Below are positions 46,187 through 56,463 of a stretch of 64,000 bases of DNA, one piece after another. The stretch lies in contig JBMORU010000001.1 in NCBI GenBank assembly GCA_049322215.1, positions 708,023 to 772,022 of the forward strand, read 5' to 3'. The translations under genes and the position numbers were made by a program. Source of the DNA: Patescibacteria group bacterium. Its GTDB lineage: Bacteria; Patescibacteriota; WWE3; UBA101185; UBA10185. Position 1 is the first letter of the stretch; each line of letters starts with the position of its first letter. Under the pieces are notes generated by a model. The model was not told where the DNA came from and did not search any database. It saw nothing but the letters and a program-made list of their open reading frames with translations.

Positions 46187-49100
46187 TTACTCGGTTAATT
46201 TTTCTAGAATTAAATTATCAAACCAAACAGTGCCCGAACCGTTTAGTGACAAATCGATTTTGGCGTAAGTAGCATCTGTGGGAGCTGTTCCTACTAATTC
46301 AATTGGTGTCCAACCATCACCTTTAAGTTGTGCGGATGGTATATTTACTTCGTAACGGTTTATATAACGAAGGCTTACAAGTCCTCCATAAAAATTCATA
46401 GTAATTTTCGCATTTTTTGTAACGTTAAAAGCCTTAACCCATACAGTTAGTTTGTAGGTTGTGTTTCCTTGGGGCAGAGGAATGTAACTTGGTTTGCTTA
46501 GCCAGTCTCCTCCGTAGCGATCATCTAACTGTATTATACTTAGTGATTTTGAACCTTTGTAGGCTTGATTTGCCCATTCAAATGTAGTTTGTCTTCCTCT
46601 TGTATTAAATGTTGTGCTTGGGTCACTTTCAAAGCTATCTGTGAATACTTCACCTGCTGCTAAGAGTTGTGTTTCATTAATTCCTGTCAATTCTTCAGTT
46701 GTACTTTCTTGGGTTTGATCAGGTTGCGTATTGTCAGTGTCTGTTCCGCCTTGTGGGTTTATTGGTGAAGTATTGCCAAAAGGGCTAACTATACTTTGTG
46801 TTCCTGGCCCAACATAAGCTAGTGTTAAGTAATCTATATCAGGACCTCCTTTATTAGTAGTGGCCTCAATACTTATTACGTTTGTCCCTTCTTGTAGTGT
46901 AATTGTTTTAGAAACATACCCTCTTGTGGTCCATGATCCTGTGCTTTCAAAAGGAATTACTTCTAAAGCAGTTCCATTTATGCTTAACGACATGTTTCTT
47001 GTTCCCTTGTTAAGGGCATAGTATATTTTCATGTCGTATTCACCTGCATTTTGTACTGTAATGCTCCATGTTATATAACCACCTTTGCCTAAAGGGTAAT
47101 CACTTAAATTAACATAACCTGTTCCACTGTATCCTTCGTGTACTGTTGCTACTTTAGATTCTCCACCTCTGACTTTGTCACCAAATTCTGCATCTTCGGC
47201 TTCGTACTTGTCTGATAAATCAGATCCACATGTTCCGCAGTCAGTTTCGCAACTGTTGCATGTTTCACTTTGTGAACATATATTGTCTCCACAAAAATCA
47301 CCCGGAATTGGATCAGGGTCTGGGCCTGGGCCTGGGTCTGGGTCAGGCAAAGGGTTACTGTATTGACTTACTTTTAGGTAGTCTAAGTTAGGTCCACCAT
47401 AAGTGGTAGTTGCCAAAAGTTCTATAGTATTAACACCTGCAACTAAGGGTGCATTAGTTGCTAAAATTTGCCAATTTGCCCAGTTTCCTGTTGTATTAAA
47501 GGTTAGTGTTTCTACAACCTTACCATTTACTATTAAGTTCATATCTCTTGCAAGTTTAGCTAATCCGTAGTTAAATCCTAACTCATATTCTCCAGTTTCT
47601 GAAGCTGTGATAGTCCATTTTACATAGCCCCCCGCACCATTTGGAAAGTCGCTTGTGTCTACGAATCCTGTTCCACTAAACCCGGCATGATTTGTTGCTA
47701 TTTTAGTGGTTCCTAATCCTGATGAATCACCAAATTCTGCATCTTCGGCTTCATAAACACCTGTTAAATTTGGTGTATTAACCGTTTCATCAGAAAGAAG
47801 TAAATCTCCCCAGCCAACTGGTTGATTTATACTTCCGCCGTCAGAGTTGGACCAAATGCTTTGATCTCTTCCTGATCCGGTTTCATCGTTTAAACCAATA
47901 TCGATAGAAATAGTTTTGTTGTCGGATGCCACATAATTTAAATCACTCCAGGGAATTCTTAGTTCCATTGTATAGCCCTCATCTGAATTATTATTATTTC
48001 CAACTGTCCCGCTAACTTTAACTTTAGACTCAAGTGAGCTATTCCAAGTTGCATCCGTGGCATGTTCGTCCCTTACTACATTTAAAATATTTAGTATAAA
48101 TTTATATACAGCTGTATCTTTAGAGTTTAATGCTTGTTTGCTTGTATCTACTACAAATTCTAGAGAATCATCTTGCCAAACGGAAGTATCAGTTACGGTG
48201 TTAACTGCATTTAGTGTGGTATCTGTTACATTTGCTCCAATATATAATGCATTTTCATCCCAAAGTAACTTATATGTTCCTGTACTTTGAGGCGTTTCGA
48301 GTACTAATTCGTTTGCATTTTCAAATTCATTTATTTCACCGTCAATGGATATAGGAGTTTCAGTTTTTTTAGCTTTGTACAGCTTGTCTGAACCTGTGCA
48401 TACACCACAGTCTGATGAGCAAGTACTGCAAGTTTCAGTGCCATTACATACATTGTCACCACAAGTAGGATCTGGGTCAGGTACTGGATCTGGATCTGGA
48501 TCTGGAGGTGGTGGTGTTGTGGAAGTGTAACCCGATTCTATAGCGCCTATATCTGGTTTGTTTCCTGCGTAATCATAATTAACTGGTTCGTTATTAGTCC
48601 AAGTAATACTTTTATCAACTGTAAGATCATTGTTATTGTAATTAACTGAAGTTACGCGCACTGTATCATCACCAATTCTTATCAAGTCACCTGCCTGAAG
48701 AGTGTAGCCATCTGTAAAGTATCTTGCATCTTTTACACTAATAACTTTTCCGTTACCTGCGCTATCTGTTGTTGTTAAGTTACCACCAGCATCAATTGCA
48801 GGGGAACCACTTGCAAGATTAAAATTTCGGGCACTTGCATTTACAAATTTAGGATCAGCTTCAAATGAGTTTTGATCTTTACCTGTTCCCGCTTTGTAAT
48901 CTGTAAAATTGTCATATACCGTATTTGTCCACTTAAATGTTTTTGGAGTAGAACCCGAGTAAAACAAATTGTAATCTAGTTGCCATGTTGAAGTATCTAC
49001 AAAATCGCGTGAAATATCATAGTGTTTTTTAGTAGCACTGCCTATGTGTGCCACAATATTGTTTTTATATCTGTAGTTTATTCCGCACTGGTGTCTGGAA

Positions 49101-50311
49101 CTTGCCGTAGTAGAATTATTGTCGGAATAAAAAGTGTTGTGCACATAAACTATGTCTTCGTTGGCTACTACTTCATCACAGCTTGTAGCTTCTGTAGAGT
49201 GTGCTGAGCTTCTCCCCCCAAAGTTTGAATTAAAACCATTGTTGTATGCTATATTTCTGCGGAGAATTCCATGTTTATAGTCTAAACCTGATGTAACACC
49301 TTCGCCTGCTATAATTACACCTTGTTTTGAATCAAACGCTAAGTTATCTTCCACAATTACATAGTCTCCAGGGGCATCCAGGTAAATAGCATTACCTACA
49401 TCGTCTACTAGGTTTCCTTTAACCAAAACGTAATCGGCTTGATCTACATTTAAGTCATCAGCATGTGCCGGTAAACTATCATCATTTTTCCAGCTTCGTC
49501 CTGCAATGGTAATCCCAATACTGTAACATTCATAAACTTCGTTATTAAGTATTCGCAAATAATCCACATTTCCACCTACTTGAATACAGTCAGCGTTGTC
49601 GTTAAGGTCACCTGATACGCCATATTTGTCATCTATGGTTACGTTACCTTCAATTAAAACATCTTGGACGCGCAAATAAACTGGGGGTTCATCATTACCT
49701 CCCCAAGAAGTAACACGAATATATGTCATATCTGGAGTATCTGTAGTATTTTCAAAGGTATTGTTTACAAATTGCACTCCTTTTGTTGTTTTAGTCTCAG
49801 CTTCGTGCGTAAGTGTAGAGTTAGGTACGTTTTCAAAGCGCAAGCCTTCTACTCTAATGTAGTCCTTTCCTTTAAAACGTAACGCAGTGTTTTTAAGTAT
49901 GGGTGTTTCGCCAGGATAATTTTTAAAAGTTATGTAGTTTCCACTAGACCCTGAAGGACCTGTGTTTATTATTAAAACACCTTCACTGTATGTACCTGCT
50001 CTTAAACACACCGTATCTCCAGGAGATAAATTGTTTGTTGAAGTAGCATATTTTATTGTTTTCCATGGTGAAGAAGCAGAAGTGCCTGAGCTGTTGTCGT
50101 TACCGTTTGGTGCCACATAATGGGTACAGCTTGAAGAGGAGGATTGCAAAACATCGCCAACATTTTTTTGTATTATCTGAGAGATTTTATTTTCTGAGTT
50201 GTTTAAAGTAAGGGCGGTGACTCCTACTACAACAAGTAGCGCTACTGCAATACCTACGTGAACGAATCCCTTTTGCTCAGTGTTATGCTCAGCTGGATAT
50301 ATAGATAACAT
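46187..50311 (-). CDS. large secreted modular carbohydrate-active protein (beta-helix plus CBM9-like, two CBM6/35-like, C-terminal CBM-like)
   Basis: YVAPNGND, GSPAIDAG, PDIGAIE, IDGEINE, two YEAEDA..G..D modules, CGD Cys-rich linkers. Confidence 0.8.
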   Translation of the reverse strand: MLSIYPAEHNTEQKGFVHVGIAVALLVVVGVTALTLNNSENKISQIIQKNVGDVLQSSSSSCTHYVAPNGNDNSSGTSASSPWKTIKYATSTNNLSPGDTVCLRAGTYSEGVLIINTGPSGSSGNYITFKNYPGETPILKNTALRFKGKDYIRVEGLRFENVPNSTLTHEAETKTTKGVQFVNNTFENTTDTPDMTYIRVTSWGGNDEPPVYLRVQDVLIEGNVTIDDKYGVSGDLNDNADCIQVGGNVDYLRILNNEVYECYSIGITIAGRSWKNDDSLPAHADDLNVDQADYVLVKGNLVDDVGNAIYLDAPGDYVIVEDNLAFDSKQGVIIAGEGVTSGLDYKHGILRRNIAYNNGFNSNFGGRSSAHSTEATSCDEVVANEDIVYVHNTFYSDNNSTTASSRHQCGINYRYKNNIVAHIGSATKKHYDISRDFVDTSTWQLDYNLFYSGSTPKTFKWTNTVYDNFTDYKAGTGKDQNSFEADPKFVNASARNFNLASGSPAIDAGGNLTTTDSAGNGKVISVKDARYFTDGYTLQAGDLIRIGDDTVRVTSVNYNNNDLTVDKSITWTNNEPVNYDYAGNKPDIGAIESGYTSTTPPPPDPDPDPVPDPDPTCGDNVCNGTETCSTCSSDCGVCTGSDKLYKAKKTETPISIDGEINEFENANELVLETPQSTGTYKLLWDENALYIGANVTDTTLNAVNTVTDTSVWQDDSLEFVVDTSKQALNSKDTAVYKFILNILNVVRDEHATDATWNSSLESKVKVSGTVGNNNNSDEGYTMELRIPWSDLNYVASDNKTISIDIGLNDETGSGRDQSIWSNSDGGSINQPVGWGDLLLSDETVNTPNLTGVYEAEDAEFGDSSGLGTTKIATNHAGFSGTGFVDTSDFPNGAGGYVKWTITASETGEYELGFNYGLAKLARDMNLIVNGKVVETLTFNTTGNWANWQILATNAPLVAGVNTIELLATTTYGGPNLDYLKVSQYSNPLPDPDPGPGPDPDPIPGDFCGDNICSQSETCNSCETDCGTCGSDLSDKYEAEDAEFGDKVRGGESKVATVHEGYSGTGYVNLSDYPLGKGGYITWSITVQNAGEYDMKIYYALNKGTRNMSLSINGTALEVIPFESTGSWTTRGYVSKTITLQEGTNVISIEATTNKGGPDIDYLTLAYVGPGTQSIVSPFGNTSPINPQGGTDTDNTQPDQTQESTTEELTGINETQLLAAGEVFTDSFESDPSTTFNTRGRQTTFEWANQAYKGSKSLSIIQLDDRYGGDWLSKPSYIPLPQGNTTYKLTVWVKAFNVTKNAKITMNFYGGLVSLRYINRYEVNIPSAQLKGDGWTPIELVGTAPTDATYAKIDLSLNGSGTVWFDNLILEKLTE

Positions 50312-50353
50312 TTAATTTATTATGTTTCACAGATATATAGGCTGTCAAGACAC

Positions 50354-50405
50354 AAAAAAAATGGGAGTAGCATAAACACAATTTATGATTGTTTATGATA
50401 CTCCC
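50354..50405 (-). terminator. terminator of 50412..50783
   Basis: GGGAGTAGCATAAACA / TGTTTATGATACTCCC with A8 on plus strand. Confidence 0.8.
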
Positions 50406-50411
50406 TTGGAA

Positions 50412-50783
50412 TTATCCATTTGCTGCAATAACCGCCTTCAAAAGGTGGCTCTGCAACTGATCAAATTGACGTTCCCCCTTAAAAATATTGTGAAAGCAGT
50501 AATGTTCCTCGTTATGAAAAAACTTCCACAATTCTACTTCATCTTTCATGTTGAGTAGGTCCAGCAATAAAGTCACCCACCCTTCCAGTGAAAAATCTAC
50601 GATTTTACCCATAATGCTCACAATTGCATCTGAAATGGGATTTGCTACGCCAATCTCCTGGTTATGATCAATTCTTTCCACAAGCTGCGTATGCACCATC
50701 ATATATTTTTCATGCTTTTCTGCAAGGCCTATGAAAACGTGTGGATTTACTTTACGACTGATTTGAACATGTTGAGCTCGCAT
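50412..50783 (-). CDS. hypothetical protein (cassette)
   Basis: AAGGAGA SD; CTATAGG-TTGCCG-17-TATAAT. Confidence 0.72.
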   Translation of the reverse strand: MRAQHVQISRKVNPHVFIGLAEKHEKYMMVHTQLVERIDHNQEIGVANPISDAIVSIMGKIVDFSLEGWVTLLLDLLNMKDEVELWKFFHNEEHYCFHNIFKGERQFDQLQSHLLKAVIAANG

Positions 50784-50933
50784 TTTTTGTTTCTCCTTAT
50801 GTATCTGGTTATTTGACTGATATTATTATTATACAATTAAAGCCCAATTTCGGCAACCTATAGCATTAAACGGTTTACGTTTCTATAGTATAATGCTCAT
50901 TACAAACTCGCAAAATATAAATAAGGAGACAAA

Positions 50934-51206
50934 ATGCGAACAAAAAGCGCAAAGATACTAAACATTGAGAAATTAGATTTACCTAATTCCATTGGCAAGA
51001 GAGTAGTTATGCAATTGGAGACTTCTGCCAGTACATCGGTTACGCTGATTCCAACAAAAGTTGAAGGAAACAAGGTTACTGGCAATGTTGTTATGGTAGG
51101 GGCTCACAAAAACAGCGAATGGACAGAGGTGTTTTTCTGGTGTATTGGTAACGATCCTTTTGGAATAGTGGAAAACGGAGTTTTTACTATTTATGTAGAA
51201 GATTAG
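50934..51206 (+). CDS. hypothetical protein (cassette)
   Basis: AAGGAGA SD; CCTATAG-CA-TTAAAC-17-TATAAT; hairpin at 51215-51250. Confidence 0.7.
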   Translation: MRTKSAKILNIEKLDLPNSIGKRVVMQLETSASTSVTLIPTKVEGNKVTGNVVMVGAHKNSEWTEVFFWCIGNDPFGIVENGVFTIYVED

Positions 51207-51250
51207 TGCAAAACAGCCTCTTAAAGTACAAAGACGTATTTTAAGGGGCT

Positions 51251-51457
51251 TTACTTTTCACCAAGCCATGCTTTTTCTGATACCTTTGCTTCTTTTTCAG
51301 AAATTACTTTTACAATAATTCCCATTTGAACCATTACATAATCTCCCACTTTTAATTCTTCTCCACCTGTTAAAACCTTGCGTTCTTCACTAGGATATTT
51401 AACAGTAGCTTGTTGCCCATTTAGTTCTATAATTTTACCTGGTATTGCCAAACACAT
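51251..51457 (-). CDS. hypC: hydrogenase maturation chaperone HypC/HupF
   Basis: MCLAIPG start and VGDYVMV. Confidence 0.9.
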   Translation of the reverse strand: MCLAIPGKIIELNGQQATVKYPSEERKVLTGGEELKVGDYVMVQMGIIVKVISEKEAKVSEKAWLGEK

Positions 51458-51498
51458 TGGTGTTATTATAAACACATATAGTTAGATATAAAACAAAA

Positions 51499-52017
51499 AT
51501 GCAAACAGAGAATTTACAAACACTTCAACAAGCTCCATCAAAAAAGTTAGTTATTGGTTGGTTTTCATTTACTTGCTGTGAAGACAGTACTATTTTAATG
51601 ACAGAAATGTTAAATGACCATTTAGATGAATGGAAGAAACTTGTGGAATTTAGATATGCGCGTGCACTAAAGACAAAAAACGAAATAAGAGATTTAGATG
51701 TAGCCTTTATTGAAGGGGCAATTTCGTCTGAAACTCAGGCAAGAGAAGTGCAAAAAATAAGAGACAATTCAAAGTATGTTGTAGCAATAGGAGCTTGTGC
51801 TTGTACAGGTATGCCTTCTGCAAGTAGAAACGAATTTGTTGATGATCAAATTAATGAGAAAATAGAATGGTATTTTAGTCATTTTGATTACAGTAAAAAA
51901 GTAGTAAAACTTGATGAAATTATTAAAATTGATGATCAAGTTAATGGTTGTCCAATGAACGCTAATGTGTTTTTGGAAGTATTAAATAAGTATTTAAAAA
52001 TTTTTGAAATTATATAA
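51499..52017 (+). CDS. NiFe hydrogenase small subunit (short, group 3-related)
   Basis: TCCED, DVAFIEG, GACA, GCP. Confidence 0.85.
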   Translation: MQTENLQTLQQAPSKKLVIGWFSFTCCEDSTILMTEMLNDHLDEWKKLVEFRYARALKTKNEIRDLDVAFIEGAISSETQAREVQKIRDNSKYVVAIGACACTGMPSASRNEFVDDQINEKIEWYFSHFDYSKKVVKLDEIIKIDDQVNGCPMNANVFLEVLNKYLKIFEII

Positions 52018-53319
52018 ATGCATAGTGGTGAAATAAACATAGATAATATTACAAAAATAGAAGGTTCTGCCGGGTTAAAAGTAACTGTAAAAGACGGCAA
52101 AGTAGAGGATTTGAAGTTTATTATTAGCGACTATAGAAGGTTTTACACAGAAGCTGTTAAAGGTAAACCCTTTATTGCTGCTCCTTCGTTTTTATCTAGA
52201 ATTTGCGGAACGTGTTCGGTAGCCCATTTATTTGCAGCATTAGAGGCTATAGAAAAATCTCAAGGTATACAAAATACAGAGCAAACCAAGCTTTTAAGAC
52301 GTTTAGCCTATACAGGTTTAATGATTAGAGATCATGCTCTACATTTATACTTTTTTGTTTTACCAGATATTTTAGGAATAGATTCTATTTTAGATATTCC
52401 AGATGATCACGATGATTTAGGTCACGTATTACTTCATGATTCATTTGATATTAAAAAATTAGGTACCGAAATTACAAACGTTATAATTGGTGCTGCAATA
52501 CACGCACCTTATCCAACCCCTGGTGGGTTTTTGAAAAACCCTGATCCAAGTAAGTTTCCTGCACTTATTGAACAATTACAAAAAATAAGACCTCAAGTTT
52601 TACGTGGCATTGAAACATTCGCGGCCTGGGATCATAAGTTAATAAGAAATTCAGACTATTTATGTTTACGCAATGATAATCACTTTGACTTTTTGGAAGG
52701 TGATGTTATTAATTCCTCAGGTAAGCGTGTTTCAGAAGAGAAATTTCATGACTTCTTAAAGTCAGTTGTAATACCTTATTCTCAAGCAGAAGGTTATGTC
52801 TTTTCAGACGCGCATTCTGATTATTTTGTTGGATCCTTAGCACGCATAAACTTCAATAAAGATTTATTACATCCAAATACACAAAAAGACGCTGCTGAAC
52901 ATTTAAAATTGTTTCCTTCAAACAATATTCATCATAACGACTTGGCTCAAGCAATAGAAATTTTACATTGTGTAGATGATGCTATTGATATTTTAAGTTC
53001 AATCGAAATAAAAGACGAAAAACCTATTAGGGTACCTTTTAAAGCAGGTATTGGGGTAGGAGTTATAGAAGCTCCTCGCGGGATTTTGTATCATATGGCA
53101 GAAATTGATAATACAGGAATGATTATCGATTATGATGTAATTGTTCCTACTGCACAAAATCAAATAAATATAGAAAACGATTTAAAAAAGTACTTTAATG
53201 AAAATATTTCCAAGGACAAAGACACACTAAGGCTTGAAGCTGAAAAAATTATTAGAGCTTATGATCCTTGTATGTCTTGCGCAACCAACTTTTTAAAAAT
53301 GGAGTGGATAGAGGAGTAA
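52018..53319 (+). CDS. NiFe hydrogenase large subunit (group 3b-related)
   Basis: KIEG, RICGTCSVAH (L1), EAPRG, YDPCMSCAT (L2). Confidence 0.92.
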   Translation: MHSGEINIDNITKIEGSAGLKVTVKDGKVEDLKFIISDYRRFYTEAVKGKPFIAAPSFLSRICGTCSVAHLFAALEAIEKSQGIQNTEQTKLLRRLAYTGLMIRDHALHLYFFVLPDILGIDSILDIPDDHDDLGHVLLHDSFDIKKLGTEITNVIIGAAIHAPYPTPGGFLKNPDPSKFPALIEQLQKIRPQVLRGIETFAAWDHKLIRNSDYLCLRNDNHFDFLEGDVINSSGKRVSEEKFHDFLKSVVIPYSQAEGYVFSDAHSDYFVGSLARINFNKDLLHPNTQKDAAEHLKLFPSNNIHHNDLAQAIEILHCVDDAIDILSSIEIKDEKPIRVPFKAGIGVGVIEAPRGILYHMAEIDNTGMIIDYDVIVPTAQNQINIENDLKKYFNENISKDKDTLRLEAEKIIRAYDPCMSCATNFLKMEWIEE

Positions 53320-53663
53320 TCTTTTTTCGTAAGTCTTGAAGGAATTCCAATTAAAACTGTATCTCCTAGTTTTCCTAATTTATTGAGGTATTTTAATTGA
53401 AAGCCTAAATCAAAATCATGCACTGAGTTTCTAGGAGAAAGAACAAGTTTTTCTATAGCATTTTTTGTAAAAGTTTTAGGAGATGGTAAGTCTAAAATCA
53501 CATCTAGTATTATTACTTTTGGTTTATTTGCAAAAGGTAAATCTTCGTTTGGCTTTACATTTATAAAATTTATTTCAGGAAACTCCTTTTTTATTTTTTT
53601 AGCTATTTTAATAGAACTATTATCTATTTCTAAATCTTCATTGCCAAAAATATAGACTTCCAT
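53259..53663 (-). CDS. hydrogenase maturation protease-like protein
   Basis: FGN..L..D, IILD, SVHDFDL, IGIP. Confidence 0.7.
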   Translation of the reverse strand: MEVYIFGNEDLEIDNSSIKIAKKIKKEFPEINFINVKPNEDLPFANKPKVIILDVILDLPSPKTFTKNAIEKLVLSPRNSVHDFDLGFQLKYLNKLGKLGDTVLIGIPSRLTKKDYSSIHSIFKKLVAQDIQGS

Positions 53664-53692
53664 ATTAAATTATCTTACCCTAAGGCAGTACC

Positions 53693-54418
53693 ATGCGTAA
53701 GACTAATAAAAAAACAGAAGGATTACAGTTAGTAGCAAGATTTGCTTTACCCCCAAATTCCATGGGGTATTGTGGTCGTGATAGCGCTCCCGAAAAGTTT
53801 AAAAAGTGTTTCATTCATGGAGAATGTGTAGATATTGAAGAAGAGGTAACAAAGTTTATAGTTCTTAACCCTTATTTGCAAACTATTTCAAAAGTTACTG
53901 GTTTGCCTTTTTGTTCAAAAAAGGTTGTTGAATGCTACTGGCTTGGGAATGACTTAATACATGAATTTAAGATAGAACACTACAATTTACTACTTGATGA
54001 GTTTTTAAAGCAGGGAGTTCCTACGTGGTTTGTAGAAGAATTGCGCGAAAAGCAACCTAAAAAATTTATTCCAACACACTTGTTTCAGGTTATGCACGTA
54101 GGTGTTGGTAAAGCAAGCGGTACTGTTCCGTTTAATTTGGAGTCTATAAATAGTTGTATGATTCGATGGGGACAAGTTTTATCTATTTCGTCAAATACTT
54201 TCACAGCACTTACAAAATACATAACTCAAAAAAGTGATGGAAACTACTTTATATCCCAAGTTGAAGAAACTTTTGAGTATGTTTCTGATTTTCTTCCAAA
54301 TTTAAGTGTTGGCGATATTGTAGCTGTTCACTGGAAGCAGCCTGTAAAAATACTAACTAATGCTGAAGTGGAAAATTTAGTTAAATGGACTAATAACGTT
54401 CTTCAAGTAATTCAGTAG
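53693..54418 (+). CDS. DUF6390-like hydrogenase-associated protein
   Basis: RFALPPNSMGYCG, YWLGN, C.IRWG, VGDIVAVHW. Confidence 0.7.
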   Translation: MRKTNKKTEGLQLVARFALPPNSMGYCGRDSAPEKFKKCFIHGECVDIEEEVTKFIVLNPYLQTISKVTGLPFCSKKVVECYWLGNDLIHEFKIEHYNLLLDEFLKQGVPTWFVEELREKQPKKFIPTHLFQVMHVGVGKASGTVPFNLESINSCMIRWGQVLSISSNTFTALTKYITQKSDGNYFISQVEETFEYVSDFLPNLSVGDIVAVHWKQPVKILTNAEVENLVKWTNNVLQVIQ

Positions 54419-55310
54419 CACTGTAGGGTTTTAACACAAATAATAGTATGCAAATTCCTGCTACAATGAGTACTGTCTGAACAGACAAATTAAAGTTCCA
54501 CACTTTTGTAATAAAAACTGCAGAAAGAATATTTGTCACTAGTGTAGAACTAGCAAGCACTGTTGCTACAGTAATTGCTTTTTCTTCACTAAGCGCTTTA
54601 TACCAAGTAGATACGTAAAGAAGTAATGTTATCACAGTGGCAGAAACCCAAAATATTTGCGTAGTTGTTAATTCCGTAACTTGTAAAAATGTACTTGGTT
54701 TGGTTATATAGCTTGCCACTAAAAGTATTATTGATCCAATACCCATTCTAAACAGAACTACTATTTGTGAATCTACCGTTTGTAATGCTTTCTTTGCAAT
54801 TATATTTTCTATTGCCCAAAAAATCGTAGCTGCCAAAACCATTAACTCTCCTAATGAGAATCTAAAACCTTGAAATCCGCCTACAAACACGTTCCCACCA
54901 AAAACAGCTAAAATTGCAATTGTGTGCCATTTAGTAATTTTTTCTTTTAAAAATGGTATTGCCAATAAAGCAACCCATAAAACTAAAGTTTTATGTATTA
55001 GGGCAGCATTTAAGGCAGGAATTAAAGTTATTCCTTTAAAAAATAAATAAAAAGGTATGGTTCCTCCAACAATTCCTATTAGTGTTAAAGTTTTGAAATC
55101 TTTTTTAGTTATTTTTGTTAAGTTTTTCCACCTGCTTGTTAGTATTAATAAGCTAATTATTAGTAAAGTAACCGCGGAGTTTTTTAATGCGGTAAAAAAT
55201 AGGGGAGAGTCGAATGCATCAACAGCAAATTTGTTTATAAATATTGAAACACCAGATATTAGAGATGTAGTAAGTGCCAAATATAGGCCTTTGTTTTTAT
55301 TTAAGTTCAT
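54390..55310 (-). CDS. DMT/EamA family transporter
   Basis: About 10 TMs in two repeats, FLKEKI. Confidence 0.85.
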   Translation of the reverse strand: MNLNKNKGLYLALTTSLISGVSIFINKFAVDAFDSPLFFTALKNSAVTLLIISLLILTSRWKNLTKITKKDFKTLTLIGIVGGTIPFYLFFKGITLIPALNAALIHKTLVLWVALLAIPFLKEKITKWHTIAILAVFGGNVFVGGFQGFRFSLGELMVLAATIFWAIENIIAKKALQTVDSQIVVLFRMGIGSIILLVASYITKPSTFLQVTELTTTQIFWVSATVITLLLYVSTWYKALSEEKAITVATVLASSTLVTNILSAVFITKVWNFNLSVQTVLIVAGICILLFVLKPYSATELLEERY

Positions 55311-55320
55311 TATTTCAGTA

Positions 55321-55563
55321 TTAATTTGGCCAAACCTGATTTCCTGCTTCGTCCCATACCACAATTGCCTTTGTTGGGCATGATTGTGCTGCCATAAGAA
55401 CGTTTTCTAGTGTGTCGGCACTTGTGTCTTGAATTACTGCTTTATTTTCTCCATCTAAAACAAATGTTTCTGGTGAAAATGCTAAACAAGATGCTGCGCC
55501 AATACAGGCGTTTCTTAAAACTTGAACTTTAAAATTACCAATTTGAACTATTTTATCTTCCAT
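55321..55563 (-). CDS. monocluster ferredoxin (3Fe-4S type motif)
   Basis: CIGAASC...CPTKAI. Confidence 0.88.
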   Translation of the reverse strand: MEDKIVQIGNFKVQVLRNACIGAASCLAFSPETFVLDGENKAVIQDTSADTLENVLMAAQSCPTKAIVVWDEAGNQVWPN

Positions 55564-55604
55564 AAATATAAGAATAATGCTTTAAACTTTTATTTTCAAT
55601 ATTA

Positions 55605-56462
55605 TTACGCATACTTTTTATATAATGCTTGTAAATTGGATCTTTCTAAGGGTTGCTTTACAAGTGGTTTATTTGCTAATTGGGAAAGTTGTTCTTCGTA
55701 AGTTGGTTTTTCTATTTTGTAAAACACACCTAATGGTATTTGTTTTTCACCAAACTCTCTTGATTTTTTAAATGCAGCGTCTAAGTTGGTTACGTCATGT
55801 GTGTCATCTAAATAATATGTATTTTGCTGATACAATTCGTGTGTACAAACATTATTAAACGTGGTGCATGGTTGTAATATATCTACAAACGAAAAGCCTT
55901 TGTGTTTAGATGCTTCAATCATTATTTCAGTTAGTTTAGGAATGTCGCTTGAGTAGGCTCTTGCAACAAATGTTGCCCCTGCAGAAATAGCTAAGGTAAT
56001 TGGTGTTACAGCGTTATCTATATTTCCTGAAGGGGTTGATTTTGATTTATAGCCGTTTTGGGTTACAGGTGATGTTTGACCGGTTGTGAGAGCATATAAA
56101 CCGTTATCATGAAGAAACAAGTTAATGTCATGGTTTCTTCTACATGCGTGTAAAAAGTGGTTTCCACCTTCCCCTAAACAGTCGCCATCTCCCGAAAAAA
56201 CGAAAACATTTAAATCAGAATTTGCCATTTTTATACCTTCTGCTACGGGTAAAGGTCTTCCGTGAAGCCCTTCAAATGAAGTTAGTTTGGTGAAGTTGAC
56301 TATATGTCCATGACATCCTATACCTGCAACTAGCACAGAATTGGTATTATCCCAGCCTTCTTTTACTGATGCATTTTTAAAGGCTGCCCAAAGTGCTATG
56401 TTTCCACATCCTGGACACCAGTTTGGAGGACATGAAGTTGATAATTCTGCTAATGTTGGCAT
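55605..56462 (-). CDS. 2-oxoacid:ferredoxin oxidoreductase beta subunit
   Basis: WCPGCGN, GIGC, HGR, GDGD TPP motif. Confidence 0.93.
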   Translation of the reverse strand: MPTLAELSTSCPPNWCPGCGNIALWAAFKNASVKEGWDNTNSVLVAGIGCHGHIVNFTKLTSFEGLHGRPLPVAEGIKMANSDLNVFVFSGDGDCLGEGGNHFLHACRRNHDINLFLHDNGLYALTTGQTSPVTQNGYKSKSTPSGNIDNAVTPITLAISAGATFVARAYSSDIPKLTEIMIEASKHKGFSFVDILQPCTTFNNVCTHELYQQNTYYLDDTHDVTNLDAAFKKSREFGEKQIPLGVFYKIEKPTYEEQLSQLANKPLVKQPLERSNLQALYKKYA

Positions 56463-56463
56463 T

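Noticed and set aside
47178-47752. 26-bp direct repeat as a DGR or recombination site
   Set aside because: Explained by the duplicated YEAEDAEFGD module; no reverse transcriptase in the window.
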